NCBI GenBank assembly: GCA_013265495.1
Contig: MU058205.1
Coordinates: forward strand, 260,312 to 324,311
Reading direction: 5' to 3'
DNA length: 64,000 bases
DNA from: Vicugna vicugna
Lineage: Eukaryota
In this document: one piece after another, positions 12,108-22,804 of the stretch
How the letters are laid out: the number at the start of each line of letters is the position of its first letter
Numbering within the stretch: position 1 is the first letter of the stretch
Position numbers and translations under genes: made by a program
Notes under the pieces: generated by a model
The model's input: the letters and a program-made list of their open reading frames with translations, nothing else
Database searches by the model: none
Told to the model about the DNA's origin: nothing

Positions 12108-12724
12108 TTGCCAGTATTACTGCAATACCCTCCTAGCTGGTCTCCCTGTTTCTATTTTTGCACTCTTAAAAGATGTTCTTTACACAGCAGCTGGGCCATC
12201 TTTTTAATATGCAAATTAGGCCATATCTCTCTCCTGTTTAAAATCCTCCAATGGCTTCATATTGCACTTAAAATAAAATGCAAACTACTTGTCAAAGGCT
12301 ACAAGGCCCTGGGCCATCTGGCCCCTGCCCTCCACTCTGACCCTCCACCTTGAACTCCCTGTGCTCTTTTCTAGGTTCCTTAAGCTCCCCAAGGTCTTCA
12401 CAGCCCCAGGACATTTGCATGTGCTATTCCCTTACACGGCTCATGATCTGGTCCAATTTGTATGACAGCCTCTTAAAGGGGCATTCCTTGGTCACGCATC
12501 CTAAATTCGCCCTCAGCTCATTCTTACTCACATTGTCCTTTTTGATGTAGTCATAGCACTGATCACTCTCTGAGATGTTATTGTTTAATATTTACTTGTT
12601 TGTTATCTGTCTTCCACTGCTAGAATGTGAGTGCCTTGAGAGCAGGGACCGTGGCTATTTTGTTCAGCATAGTGCCTGGCACATAGTAGATTCTCAATAA
12701 ATTGTTGTTGATGAAGGAATGAGT
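12108..12724 (+). mobile_element. LINE-2 (L2a-like) 3' end
   Basis: TACTGCAATACCCTCCTAGCTGGTCTCCCTG ... CTAGAATGTGAG..CCTTGAGAGCAGGGACC ... GTGCCTGGCACATAGTAGATTCTCAATAAAT terminus. Confidence 0.9.
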
Positions 12725-13292
12725 CAGTGAAAATTTCTGAGTCCTTTCCACCTGCCCTCACCTCAGTACAGAAAGTTCACATCTGCTCAGCATTCCGTGG
12801 AGGAAGGAGATGGTGATGATGACGACGATGGAACAAGGTATCATTATTTGGACCAGATGTGGGGGCTGTGGGCCTGACAGCCCATCCTCATGCTCTCATT
12901 GGCTGAGATGACCTTTATCCGGAAGCACACTCTCAAGTACAAGTCCTTCAGAAACACTGGAGTCTTTTGTGGTCCTTGGTTGCCATGACTAATTTTACGA
13001 GAGTGTACGAGTGAACATGAGCTGACCGAATGCTCTGGCCTCTGCTCAAGACAGAGCTTGTTGCTCTTTTTCGAGCCCAGTGCACTCCTCAGAGTGATTC
13101 CCCCCAAGATTTTTCCAGGACTCTTTTACAGCGAGGACAGGGCCCTTCTTCTCTGATTGGACTTTGCTCAGACAAGCAGGAAAGGGGACGTGAAGTGGAG
13201 CAAATGCACGTGGGGGGACTGGAAGATGGCATTTTCCTGTAGTACTGGTACCCGCAAGCAACTCCTCACATTAGCATCTGAAGCCAGGCTTT

Positions 13293-13422
13293 GGGGGAGG
13301 GTGTAGCTCAGTGGTAGAGCACAGGCTTAGCATGCATGAGGTCCTGGATCCAATCCCCAGTCCCACCATTAAGTAAATAAATAATTACTCCACCCCCCTC
13401 TCCAGAAAAAAACAAAAAAAAT
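13293..13422 (+). mobile_element. tRNA-Ala-derived camelid-type SINE
   Basis: GGGGGAGGGTGTAGCTCAGTGGTAGAGCACAGGCTTAGCATGCATGAGGTCCTGGATCCAATCCCCAG, AATAAATAATTAC, C-run, A-tail. Confidence 0.92.
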
Positions 13423-13524
13423 AAGGGCAAGCTTTTGGTGACAAAGGTGTCAACACAGTTTCAGGTTGCCATCCAGAGACACAGTTGATGCAGGAAAAAT
13501 GAATGTGGGGCATGAGGAGGACCA

Positions 13525-14145
13525 TGTCCTAGGTCTCGGTCGAGTTCCTGGGACGTGCCCCGCCAAGTGTGGGTCCTTGCCTTCATGCAGGAAAGAGTTC
13601 AAGAGAGAGCCACAGTTGAACAAATGTAGATTTATTTAGAGAGATACATACTGCATAGAATGCAGGCTGTTTCAGAAGGAAGAGAAAGGTCACAAGGGGT
13701 GGGGGTTGGATGCTCAGGTTAAAGTAGATGTACTTGCACACTCCACAGACAGAGTGCGGGCTGTTTCCAAAGATGAGGGAGTGCGAGAGGTGGCCACGAG
13801 GCACGGTGTTGCCAGTTTTTATGGGCTCGGTAGCTTCATGCCTACAAGTGGGAGGACTATTCCCGCTACCCTGAGGAAGGGGCAGGGATTTCCAGGAACT
13901 GGGCCACTGCCCACTTTGACCTTTTGTGGTCAGCCTTGGGACTGTCATGGCACCTGTAGGCATGTTATTCACCATGCTAATATATTATAATGAGTGTATA
14001 ATGAAGCTCAAGTTCTACTAGAAGTCAAACATCCCACCATCTTGAGCCTCAAGGCCTACTGGGAGTTGAATCTTCTGCCATTCTGGTGTTAATTGCTGTG
14101 TCATTCCTTGAATGGCTGTGTCCTGCCCTCTTCTCTCCTGTCTCA
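13525..14145 (-). mobile_element. ERV1-class (MER4-group-like) solo LTR
   Basis: Minus strand begins TGAGACAGGAG; CATAAAAA TATA-like near 13820; AATAAA near 13633; GGGTCCTTGCCTTCATGCAGGAAAGAGTTCAAGAG resembles MER4-group U5; left boundary uncertain. Confidence 0.75.
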
Positions 14146-14179
14146 TCTTTTTGGAGACCCTGGGTGTGGTCCTGAATCC

Positions 14180-14431
14180 CATGAAGCAGGGGGAGGTGAC
14201 GTACAAGCATGACCTTTTAAAGACACAGCTCAGCGGCTTCGCTGCTTCACTTCTGCTCACATCTCTTTTGCCCTGACATCATCCAATGGCCGTAGCTTGT
14301 CACAAAGGGGGCCGAGAAATGTCATCTCTGAGGGCAGCTGTGAGCCCTGCTCATGCTCAGGAGACTCTGTCTGCTGGTACTCAGGAGAAAGAGGGGGTGA
14401 CCACTGAAGGACGATGGACAGTCCCCGTCAC
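14180..14431 (-). mobile_element. MaLR LTR fragment (MLT1K-like)
   Basis: CACTTCTGCTCACATCTC...AAGGGGGCCGAGAAATGT...CAGTCCCCGTCACA terminus. Confidence 0.6.
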
Positions 14432-14543
14432 ACTCTCAGGATGCAGCTGAGCAGCACTGCAACCCCAAACCCTGAAGTCCCCGGAGCCATCCGTCCCCGC
14501 ACACACAGAGGGGCCCTCCATCATGGATCAAGGAAGCAAAGGG

Positions 14544-14725
14544 CGACACCAGGGTCCTGCTGCGGAGCACGGGGAACTATATGCAATACCTTTAACAGTC
14601 TATAATGAAAAGAAAATGAAAAGTAATACATGTACAACTGAATCGCTAAGCTGTACACCAGAAATTAACACAACATTGTAAATCGACTTTCAATTTAAAA
14701 ACAATTAAAAATTGAACAAAAAAGA
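14544..14725 (+). mobile_element. 5'-truncated cetartiodactyl-type L1 3' end
   Basis: GAGCACGGGGAACTAT...GCTGTACACCAGAAATTAACACAACATTGTAAATCGACT, A-tail; TSD AAGCAAAGGG at 14534-14543 and 14726-14735. Confidence 0.88.
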
Positions 14726-16424
14726 AAGCAAAGGGAAAGAGAGGGCGTGGCTTTTAAAAAACAGAAAAAGATGATCAAGGTTTCTTTTTGTGAAACTGCT
14801 CAAATATACATACTGCTCTTAAATATATTTTTTCCCTACCATGACAACTTCATTTCTTACTGCAATCCAGTACATTCACAGGATCACAACCTTTTAAAAA
14901 TTTATTATTTTTGGATTGAATGCTTCAGTTTGGGATTTTAGTCCAGAGGCAATATTTTTTTTTCAAGATGGAGAGTTTGAATAAGTTCCATTTGGCAGTT
15001 TCTAGAGCAAAGAAATACAGATTTCTCTTACGGAGCGTATTTTGGGATTTCATCATATTTGGTTAACGCAGGAGTCCCTGCATTGTTGTGCATGTTTGGG
15101 AACAAGGATGGATGTAAAAGTTTGTGGCTTATGTTTGCAAATTGTGCCTACTAGGAGTTTCTGGACATAAGCCTCGGCATCAGAAACAACCGGACAGCAT
15201 TTCAAACAGGATGTCTTGCTCTTTCTTTTAACACATGGGCGAGCAACATGAAATGCCAGGAGCATATGCCCGCACGACACGCCAAGTGAAACGCTGCTGT
15301 GAGTGTGGGAACTGCAGGCTGCTGCACCGCAGAGTTTCCGCCTTGTCATTTGGGAGCCTCAGTTCCCGACTCTGTGCAATGATGTTAGTAATAACTAGTT
15401 GGCATCTCAGGAGCATCAGCTGCTTTTGTGACCCAGCAGAGCTGGTGCTTCTCCTGCAGGGAAGTAGGGGGATCACTACACCAGAAGTTGTCAGACGGCA
15501 TTTGGGGATCCCCAGAGTTCGGCAGTGACCCCCCTCTGGCTGGTTAGGGGAGGAAGTAAGCCAGTCTTACCGGAAACAGTTCAACTCGGATCTTTAAGAT
15601 CGTTTGCATTTCTGAAGTTATGAGCATCAAGAGGGTCAGAGAAGGGAGCCTGGAAGACGAAGTCTGTTGACAGCTGTGAAGAGCTCAAGGGAGAGCAGGG
15701 AAGGACGCACAGTCTGGGGGAAGATGCCGGTGATGTGGAGATGGGGAAGGCAGTGCCCTGCAAGGAGCGGGTGGACAGGGAACCAGACCTCGTGGCCCTG
15801 GAGTGCATCTGGAAAGACACAGACCCCAACTAGAAAACAGGAGAGCCCAGCTGGTCTTCTACGAGCCAGGTGATCGCCAAGACTTGATTCCTTCCTCTAC
15901 GAAAGTCAAAGTCAGGAGGTGGGGCAGGGGTGCCAGACACTCTCTAGCACCCGGTGCATATTTCTGAAACCCCTGCAAACCAAACAAATATTTACCCATT
16001 TAGCACAAGTTCATTGGGTGACAAAAGTCTGACCTGAACAAACACGAGGTGACATATATTCTTCATTTACCTCTCTTAGTTCAAATACATATCTATATTG
16101 AGATATCAACCTAGAGACACATGTTGTTTCATTTCCAGTGTGCCCATGTCTTGATTGGGCTGCTATCTCAGACCCACTGGGCGTGTTAGGTCACACATAG
16201 CACCTGCATGCACAGTCTTTCTGAAATCTGAGGAATTCTGAAGTCTGTATGAGCATCTGTACCCAGTGGTTTGGGTAAGAGACCATGCCGGGGACACTTC
16301 TTGACCTGCCCTCCAAGTCTGTGACGAGGATCACGTGAGCTGCCAGCCAGCAGTGCAGGCTGTGAGTGGGGCGCATCCCCAGTAGAAAGGGCGGCTGGGC
16401 CCGGGCCCACGCTGGTCCCCATAT

Positions 16425-16758
16425 GAGTCTGCTGAGAGGGCTCACACAACAGAAGTTTCTCTCTCATAGTTCCGGAGGCTGCAAGTCCAGGGTCAAGGTG
16501 TTGGCAGGTTTGGTTTCTTCTGAGGCCTCTCTCCTGGGCTCGTCGATGGCCATCTTCCCTGTGTCCTCACATGGCCCTCCCTCTTCATTTTTTCTTATGA
16601 GGACCCCGGTCATATCAGATCAGGGCCCACCCTAAGGACCTCTTTTAACCTCCATCACATCTTTAAAAGCCCTGTCTCCAAACACTGTCACATTCTGAGG
16701 TATCGGGGGTTAGGTCTTCAACACAGGAATCTGGGGAGAACACCGTTCAGACCATCAT
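16425..16758 (-). mobile_element. MaLR solo LTR (MLT1A-like)
   Basis: CATAGTTCCGGAGGCTGCAAGTCCAGGGTCAAGGTGTTGGCAGG...GTCACATTCTGAGGTA..GGGGTTAGG..TTCAACA. Confidence 0.88.
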
Positions 16759-18374
16759 GGTCACCATTTAGGCCATTTCAGCAGCCAGGGCGCTTCTCCT
16801 GGCTCTGTACTTAACATCTGTGACTTTCTACACGATACACACAAAAAATTCCCACATCCAGGCCAAGTCTGAACTAGAGAGGAGCCAGGTGGATGTGCAT
16901 AGCCTCTCCTGCCTCCCCTCACCCTGTGGGCCTGATCACCAGCAAGCCAGCCTGGGGACATTAGGAATGTCTCCTCGCAAGAACAGAGTCACATGGAGAG
17001 AAGTTCTAAACAATCATTAGAAGCACATCTGTTAACTCTGAAACATTAGCCCAGGCCCCCACCGGGCCAATGTGAGCGGGAAGCCAGTCATCCAACCCCA
17101 AGTGGCATCTTCCTTTGTTCTTCCTGCCTTGGGTTGGGGTGGGGAGGGAGTGGGGAGGGGGCCTTGGGTCCCTGGTGCCCGGCTGCCCACTGGCAGCCAC
17201 TTACTCTGTCCTGCAGCTTCAGTGACAGCACGGGTGAGAGGGGGATGGTCCGATGGAAGATGGTAGTGCACCCCCCCCACCCCGGCCAGACCATCCTTCT
17301 GGGCTCACAGTCCCACGTTTTCCGACCAGGCAGGTGGGGCCCCATGGGCAGGGCCGGCCTGGCCTCCGTGGTTTCTGAAATCAGTGGAGTCTCAATCACA
17401 AGTACATACAGACCTCCTGCCGCCGCAGGGCCCTGGGGCCGCACTCTGGAGGAGACCCTCTGGCTATGGCCCTTGTTAACCAGGAAAAAGAACGAGGTGG
17501 GGGAGGCCCTCAAGGGCCCGTCTCCCCTCCAACGAGGGCTCCCCAGCAACACCTCATCAGACCCGGGCCTTCCTGGGGCTTAAGCCGCCTCGGGCAGGAA
17601 CCATGACTGATGGGTCCCTTTACCATGCGTCCCGGGGTCTGGCACGGAACCTGCCTTGCCACAGCTACGCAAGAAATGGTCGTGCTTTTTCTGCCTCTCA
17701 ACCCAGCCCTCGTGGCCAGGGTGGCAGCAGATACGTCAAACGATGCACCATCTCTCTGGGCGCCGTGCTGGACAACGGGCGTGCAAGTGCCATGCTGGAG
17801 GGACTATGGCCAAAACTCTTCCTGAAACCTTGGGCATCCGCACAAGGGAGGTTTTTCCCTGTCAGGGTTTCGCAGGCCCCAGAACAGCGTCATACAAGCA
17901 TGCAGAGAAGGCTTTGGTGCTGTCATGGTCACGTGAGTTTTTTCTTCCAACGTTCTGGACCTAAGTGCTGCCCTGAGGGAAGGTCCGGGGTCCCTGTGCC
18001 TCGGCCCGGGTTGGAGCAGGGACCCCGATACCCACCGTGTGGAGTTGACAGAAGGCGTGCAGGGGGCGCTCGTCCACACGTGCGCCTCTGCTCGACTCTA
18101 AAGTCCCGTGAATCGAGACACTGGAAACTCCAGAGCAGCTGGCAGTGTTCTCACCTTCCCTTTGTCTGTTTCAGTTTCACGTGGTCCCCCCAGACCTTCC
18201 GATGGGAGTCCAAAAGGCCTCCCCTTCCATCCTCTGCACTGGCCGTCAGTCCCGGATTCTACTCTCAGAATTCACCCCAAGCATGGCGCATATGCAGAGG
18301 GAAGGGACAGGATCACTCCGAGAGTCTGTGTGTCTGTGTGTGTGTGACCCCCTGCCCCCGCGTGCCTGACACGC

Positions 18375-18515
18375 GCCTAGCGCTTTCACACATGTTACCT
18401 CTGGTTCATGTCAGGTGTGTATGATTCACCCCGTTTTACAAATGAGGAAACCGAGAGAATTCCAGGGATGTTTAATCTGCCCGAGATCACACAGCAGGTA
18501 AGTAGCCGGTAGCAC
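18375..18515 (-). mobile_element. MIR SINE
   Basis: CCCGTTTTACAAATGAGGAAACCGAG...TGCCCGAGATCACACAGCAGGTAAGT core. Confidence 0.75.
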
Positions 18516-19114
18516 TCGCCCAGCCTGCCAGCGGGAAGCACGCACACCTAAGAACTCACCCCGCCCCGTGTCGGCAGAAAAGCCTTCTCCTCTGTCTTGT
18601 TTCCAGGAGCAGCTGTGGGGTTGGGGGTGGGCTTCGGAAGAAAGAGGAGCAGCTCTTGCCTTCCAAGAATTTGGAAGCAGGAATGGGAAAATTAAGGCGG
18701 GTTCCAAGCCCTCTTTCAAGGGGCTCGTGGGGCAGGAGATGGTGGAGCTGGGCATCCCCAAGGCAGGATGCCAGCGGCACCCTCATGTTGGCATCTCCTC
18801 TGTCTCCTTGGTGCTGGGGGGCTGTGGGTGCAGTCCCCCTGCCGCTGGATCTCGGACAGCACAGCAACTCTCGCCATTTCATGTCACTTCACTGACTGGA
18901 AGACGTCCCATCTCCTCTTTGCTGGGACTTCCTTATCCTGGGGGATGTTACCCACTGTCAGCTTCCCCAAGAGGACACTGGCTCTTCCTCTGGTTTCAAG
19001 TGAGTAGGAGTCAGCCCTGTAGATGGAGGCGTATGTGGCAGGACTTTCACGGGGAGGGCGGCAGACCCTGCACCAGACAACTGGGAGTAAGTCAGGACTC
19101 CACAGCATCCCGGC

Positions 19115-19255
19115 AGCATGACCTCAGGCAGATTCCTAACTCAGAGAGCTTCCATTTCCACATCTGTAGGATGGTGATTTAGAGCCAATTCCCCAGGCCT
19201 GTCTCGGGACTAAATGAGAACACACATGTGAAGCACTGGGTAAATGCTCCAGCTA
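19115..19255 (+). mobile_element. MIR SINE
   Basis: TGACCTCAGGCAGATTCCTAAC...TTTCCACATCTGTAGGATGG...TAAATGAGAACACACATGTGAAGCACT. Confidence 0.6.
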
Positions 19256-19620
19256 TTGGATGCCCAGGGTGTCCCTTGCTACGCAGACCACTGCCTCAGT
19301 CCCTCAACCCACCAACATGCCAGCCAGCTGCTTGGGGCCACCTCGCATGGCCTGTTTCCCTACAGTGGCCCCTACCAGCCTGTCTGGCTTGAGACTTCAG
19401 TCCTTGAGCCGAAAGGCCAGTGTTAGACACCAAACTAGGAACCACAGCTCAGACCCTGATTCCAGAGACCATGTGATCGTTACCTGAGCTCTGGCCAAGC
19501 CGCTGATCTCACCTGGAGAATTATGACCAGCTCTTCTGAACTCAACTGAGATCACAGATGCAAAAACGCTTTTGACCATAAACCCCTGGTCAATGTAACG
19601 TCATAAAACTGAACTTAGCT

Positions 19621-19776
19621 CTTATTTATTTATGTAAACAACTTTATTGTAGCATAATTTCTGTAGAGTAAACTACACATATTTCAGATACACAATTTGT
19701 TGAATTTTGATACATGTATACACCTATGAAACCACCACCACAATCAAGATAGCTAACATTTCCATCACTCCCCAAG
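19621..19776 (-). mobile_element. Old L1 (L1MB/MC/ME-type) extreme 3' end
   Basis: TTTATTGTAGCATAATT...TGTATACACCTATGAAACCACCACCACAATCAAGATAG..AACATTTCCATCAC. Confidence 0.8.
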
Positions 19777-19779
19777 AGG

Positions 19780-20078
19780 TGCAACTTTCAAACTCCCAAT
19801 TTATCCCTTCCCACCCACTGTCACCCTGGTAACCATAAATCTGTTCTCTATGTCTGTGAGTCTGTTTCTGTTTTATAAATAAGTTCATTTGTGTCTTTTT
19901 TTTAGATTCCACATGTAAGCGATATCATATGGTATTTTTCTTTCTCTGTCTGACTTAACTTCACTTAGAATGACAATCTCCAGATCTACCCATGTTGCTG
20001 CGAATGGCACTATTTTATTCTTTTTTATGGCTGAGTAGTATTCCATTGTGTATATACACTGCAGCTTCTTTATCCAGT
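19780..20078 (-). mobile_element. Younger cetartiodactyl-type L1 fragment (ORF2 end and 3' UTR) lacking its own terminus
   Basis: Encodes YTMEYYSAIKKNKIVPFAATWVDLE (L1 ORF2 C-terminus); closely matches 25090-25390. Confidence 0.9.
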
Positions 20079-20390
20079 TAACCTCAGCTCTTAATGCTGT
20101 CTCCATGGCGTAACTCAAAAGTTAGGGGAAATGTGAAAATTCAAATAAATGGTAAATCTCTCAAAGGGCATGACTCAGTTAAGAAACAAAGGGCAGCCAT
20201 TTCACTTGTCCTCAGGAATTTAAAACCTCAATGAGAAGACTTAAACAGAGGAAGGATTTCTAAGAATGCCTGCAAAGTCCAAGGCCACTACACGCCCAGA
20301 GCAGAAGGGGACATTTGGAAACAAGGTGGTCAGTGATCACCTGAAGGAGGTGGCATTTGCAACTGACTGAGAGGAAGGAGACCTCAGAAC

Positions 20391-20440
20391 TTAACTTCCT
20401 TTAACTTTTCCTTTAACTGCTTCCTTTAACTCTTCCTTCT
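20391..20440. repeat. Short imperfect tandem repeat (TTCCTTTAACT)
   Basis: TTAACTTCCTTTAACTTTTCCTTTAACTGCTTCCTTTAACTCTTCCTT. Confidence 0.75.
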
Positions 20441-20788
20441 TACGTTCTGGTGACTTTCACATTTTTTCAGGGATAGACTCTAATTTTTAAATAAAATCTC
20501 ATACCAAAGCCCAAAATATAAAACCATAAGTTGGTGTTTGTTTGGCATACACTTACGCTACTTCAATTTTATAATAGGTATTCATTACAAATACGATCAA
20601 CAAATACCCCAAGGCTTATTCTATTTCATAAAAAATTTGAAATACTACTAACTGCTCTACCAACTGATCTCTTTCTATTATGTTGCTTTTCTTTGCAGAG
20701 GGTTGAGAAAGGTCTGGCTTGCTCAGAATGGTTGTTAAATAATTTCCTTTGCAAACTCGAGATGCTCTTCCTTCAAAGTCATCCAGGT

Positions 20789-21110
20789 CAGGGGTGGACA
20801 AAATGCTTCTGTAAAGGGCCAAGGAGTGAATATTTTAGGCTGTGTGAGCCTTGCGGTCCCTGCGACAACCACTTTTCTCTGCCTCCTCTCTCAAAAGCAG
20901 CCGCAGGCTGTGTGTGAGCAAATAAGCCTGGCTGAGCTCCAATACAACGTCATTTACGGACGCAAAAATTGTCACTGCACGTAATTTTCACACATCACAA
21001 AAGAGTCTCTCCTCTCTTTTCAATCATTTGAAAATGAAACCACTCACAGCTAACAGGCTGTGCAAAAGCAGGTGGTGAGCTGGGTTTGGCCTACAGTTTG
21101 CTGACCCCTA
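20789..21110 (+). mobile_element. MER58B-like hAT MITE
   Basis: TIRs CAGGGGT...ACCCCT; TGTAAAGGGCCAAGGAGTGAATATTTTAGGCT; degenerate 8-bp TSD ATCCAGGT / ATGCAGAT. Confidence 0.85.
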
Positions 21111-21572
21111 TGCAGATGCTTTAGAGAAGTAAATATTTTGCTCCAATGTTGAATCAGGAACCCCCAAAACCCCTACATGGTTGTTTCAAATCATTAATTA
21201 GTAAATATACAATTGGAAGGAAATCAAAAGTTTTTCCATTTCTTGCAAAAATATTTTCCAAATATATCTTTGAACAAGTTTGACTTAAACAGTATCATTT
21301 AAAAAACAAAATACCCACCTCTGCAAAATATTTAAGCAAAGTTTTTGAACAGTCAAATTTATTTAATTTTGCAGATTGAGTTCACACTTTTTTCTTCACT
21401 GCTAATGATTCTTCTGCAGTTGTAATCATCATAAAGTTGTCACCCTGATGGCCTGAATTAAATTTGTTCCCTTCATTATAAATATCAGCAAAACGTGGGA
21501 GCTAGAGTAACTATGTTATATATGGCAGTATTTAGCTGGGCAGAGTTTCTATATCAGTAAAAAGATTATATA

Positions 21573-21787
21573 TAGTTGACCCTTGAACAAAACAAGGGTC
21601 AGAGGCACCAACCCTCTGCACATTCGGAAATTTGAATATACCTTGTAGTCTGTCCTCCGTATCTGCAGTTCCGTATGTGGATTCAGCCAACCGTGGATCA
21701 TGTTCTATTGCAGCATTTACTACTGAAAAACCTATGTGTATAAGTGGACCAGCACGATTCAGACCTGTGTTGTTTAAGGGTCAGCTG
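21573..21787. mobile_element. Tigger2a_Art-like MITE (TcMar-Tigger)
   Basis: TIRs TAGTTGACCCTTGAACAA ... TTGTTTAAGGGTCAGCTG with TA on both sides; GGATTCAGCCAACCGTGGATC interior. Confidence 0.9.
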
Positions 21788-22401
21788 TACACGCACAAAC
21801 ACACACATACACACACACGTATATAACATATGGTGATTTTGTGTCTCAATTAATTATTCCTACCAGAATTAGATCTTCTCTGGAGGTATATTTCTATAGC
21901 ATTAATCAATACCAGTTGGAAAGATCTTAGGGCTTATCTATGCAAATTATCAGATTTCATCTAATCAAGCTACACCATCAAGTTAAGCACCACTAAGAAA
22001 GGAAAAACACTGCCAGACCAGATTCAATGCTTTCTTATATTTTATAATTTAATTTTATAATTGCTAGAAGCATTCTTTAAAGCTAATTTAATTTTTTTAA
22101 ATCCCATAAACTTCTTTCATAAAACAAAAAATATAAGTGGAATAAAATTGGTTAAGATGTTTATGAAACTTCACAAACAGAACATCTTCTGAGCCACCTG
22201 TGCGGATGACGCAACTCCTAAAAGCACCCTTGTCTTGTCCTCAGGACATCCCTTCAAGCCTCTGACATGGGCTTCATTGCACAAGGGTGGCAATGACAGT
22301 GACCAGCCAGCAGTGACCAGTGTGGCGATCCCGATGTGCCAGCCCACTTCGCATACCTTAACCTTGGAAAACGCACACCACAGAGCCAATGAAATGCAAG
22401 A

Positions 22402-22804
22402 TGTGATCTCATTATGGTATTTTTCTTTCTTTTTCTGGCTTATTTCACTTAGAATGACAACCTTCTCTACAAAACAGAAAGAGACTCACAGACATAGAAA
22501 ACAAACTTACCGTTACTGGAGGGGAAAGAGGGCGAGAAGGGATAAACAGAGTTCGAGATTTGCAGATACTAATTACTATGTATAAAATAGATAAACAACA
22601 AATTTCTATTATATAGCACAGGAAACTATAGTCAGTATCTTGTAGTAACCTATAATGAAAAATAATATGAAAGCAAATATACATATGTACATGTATGACT
22701 GAAACATGATGCTGTACCCCAGACATTGACACAACATTGCAAACTGACTATAAATTTTATTTCAATAAAAAATAAAATAAAATAAAAATAGAAGAAAAAA
22801 AAGA
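22402..22804 (+). mobile_element. 5'-inverted younger L1 insertion
   Basis: 22402 to about 22464 is antisense L1; about 22467-22804 is sense L1 3' UTR with A-tail; TSD AAATGCAAGA / AAACGCAAGA. Confidence 0.9.

Larger units (their letters stand above)
20447..22170 (-). mobile_element. Fossil hAT-Charlie/Buster transposon with transposase remnants, interrupted by two MITEs
   Basis: Minus-strand translation near 21380-21500 gives FADIYNEGNKFNSGHQGDN...LAVKKK (cf. LADIFxxLNxLNxxLQG); near 20680-20725 gives LSKPDL/LCKEKQH (C-terminus); Charlie-like end near 20450-20525; right boundary uncertain. Confidence 0.55.

Noticed and set aside
12880..12990. Short coding-looking stretch (MTFIRKHTLKYKSFRNTG)
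   Set aside because: No convincing splice sites and no recognisable protein; closes with a stop
13293..13370. tRNA-Ala(AGC) gene (also at 10577, 31014, 33068, 59206)
   Set aside because: Mutated stems and boxes, SINE-type tails and TSDs show these are tRNA-derived SINEs
17603..18424. Longest ORF in the window (273 aa)
   Set aside because: No recognisable domain, composition typical of GC-rich non-coding DNA, and it runs through a (TG)n tract into a MIR
18568..19182. 204-aa ORF
   Set aside because: Non-ATG start, no recognisable family, and it ends in a MIR
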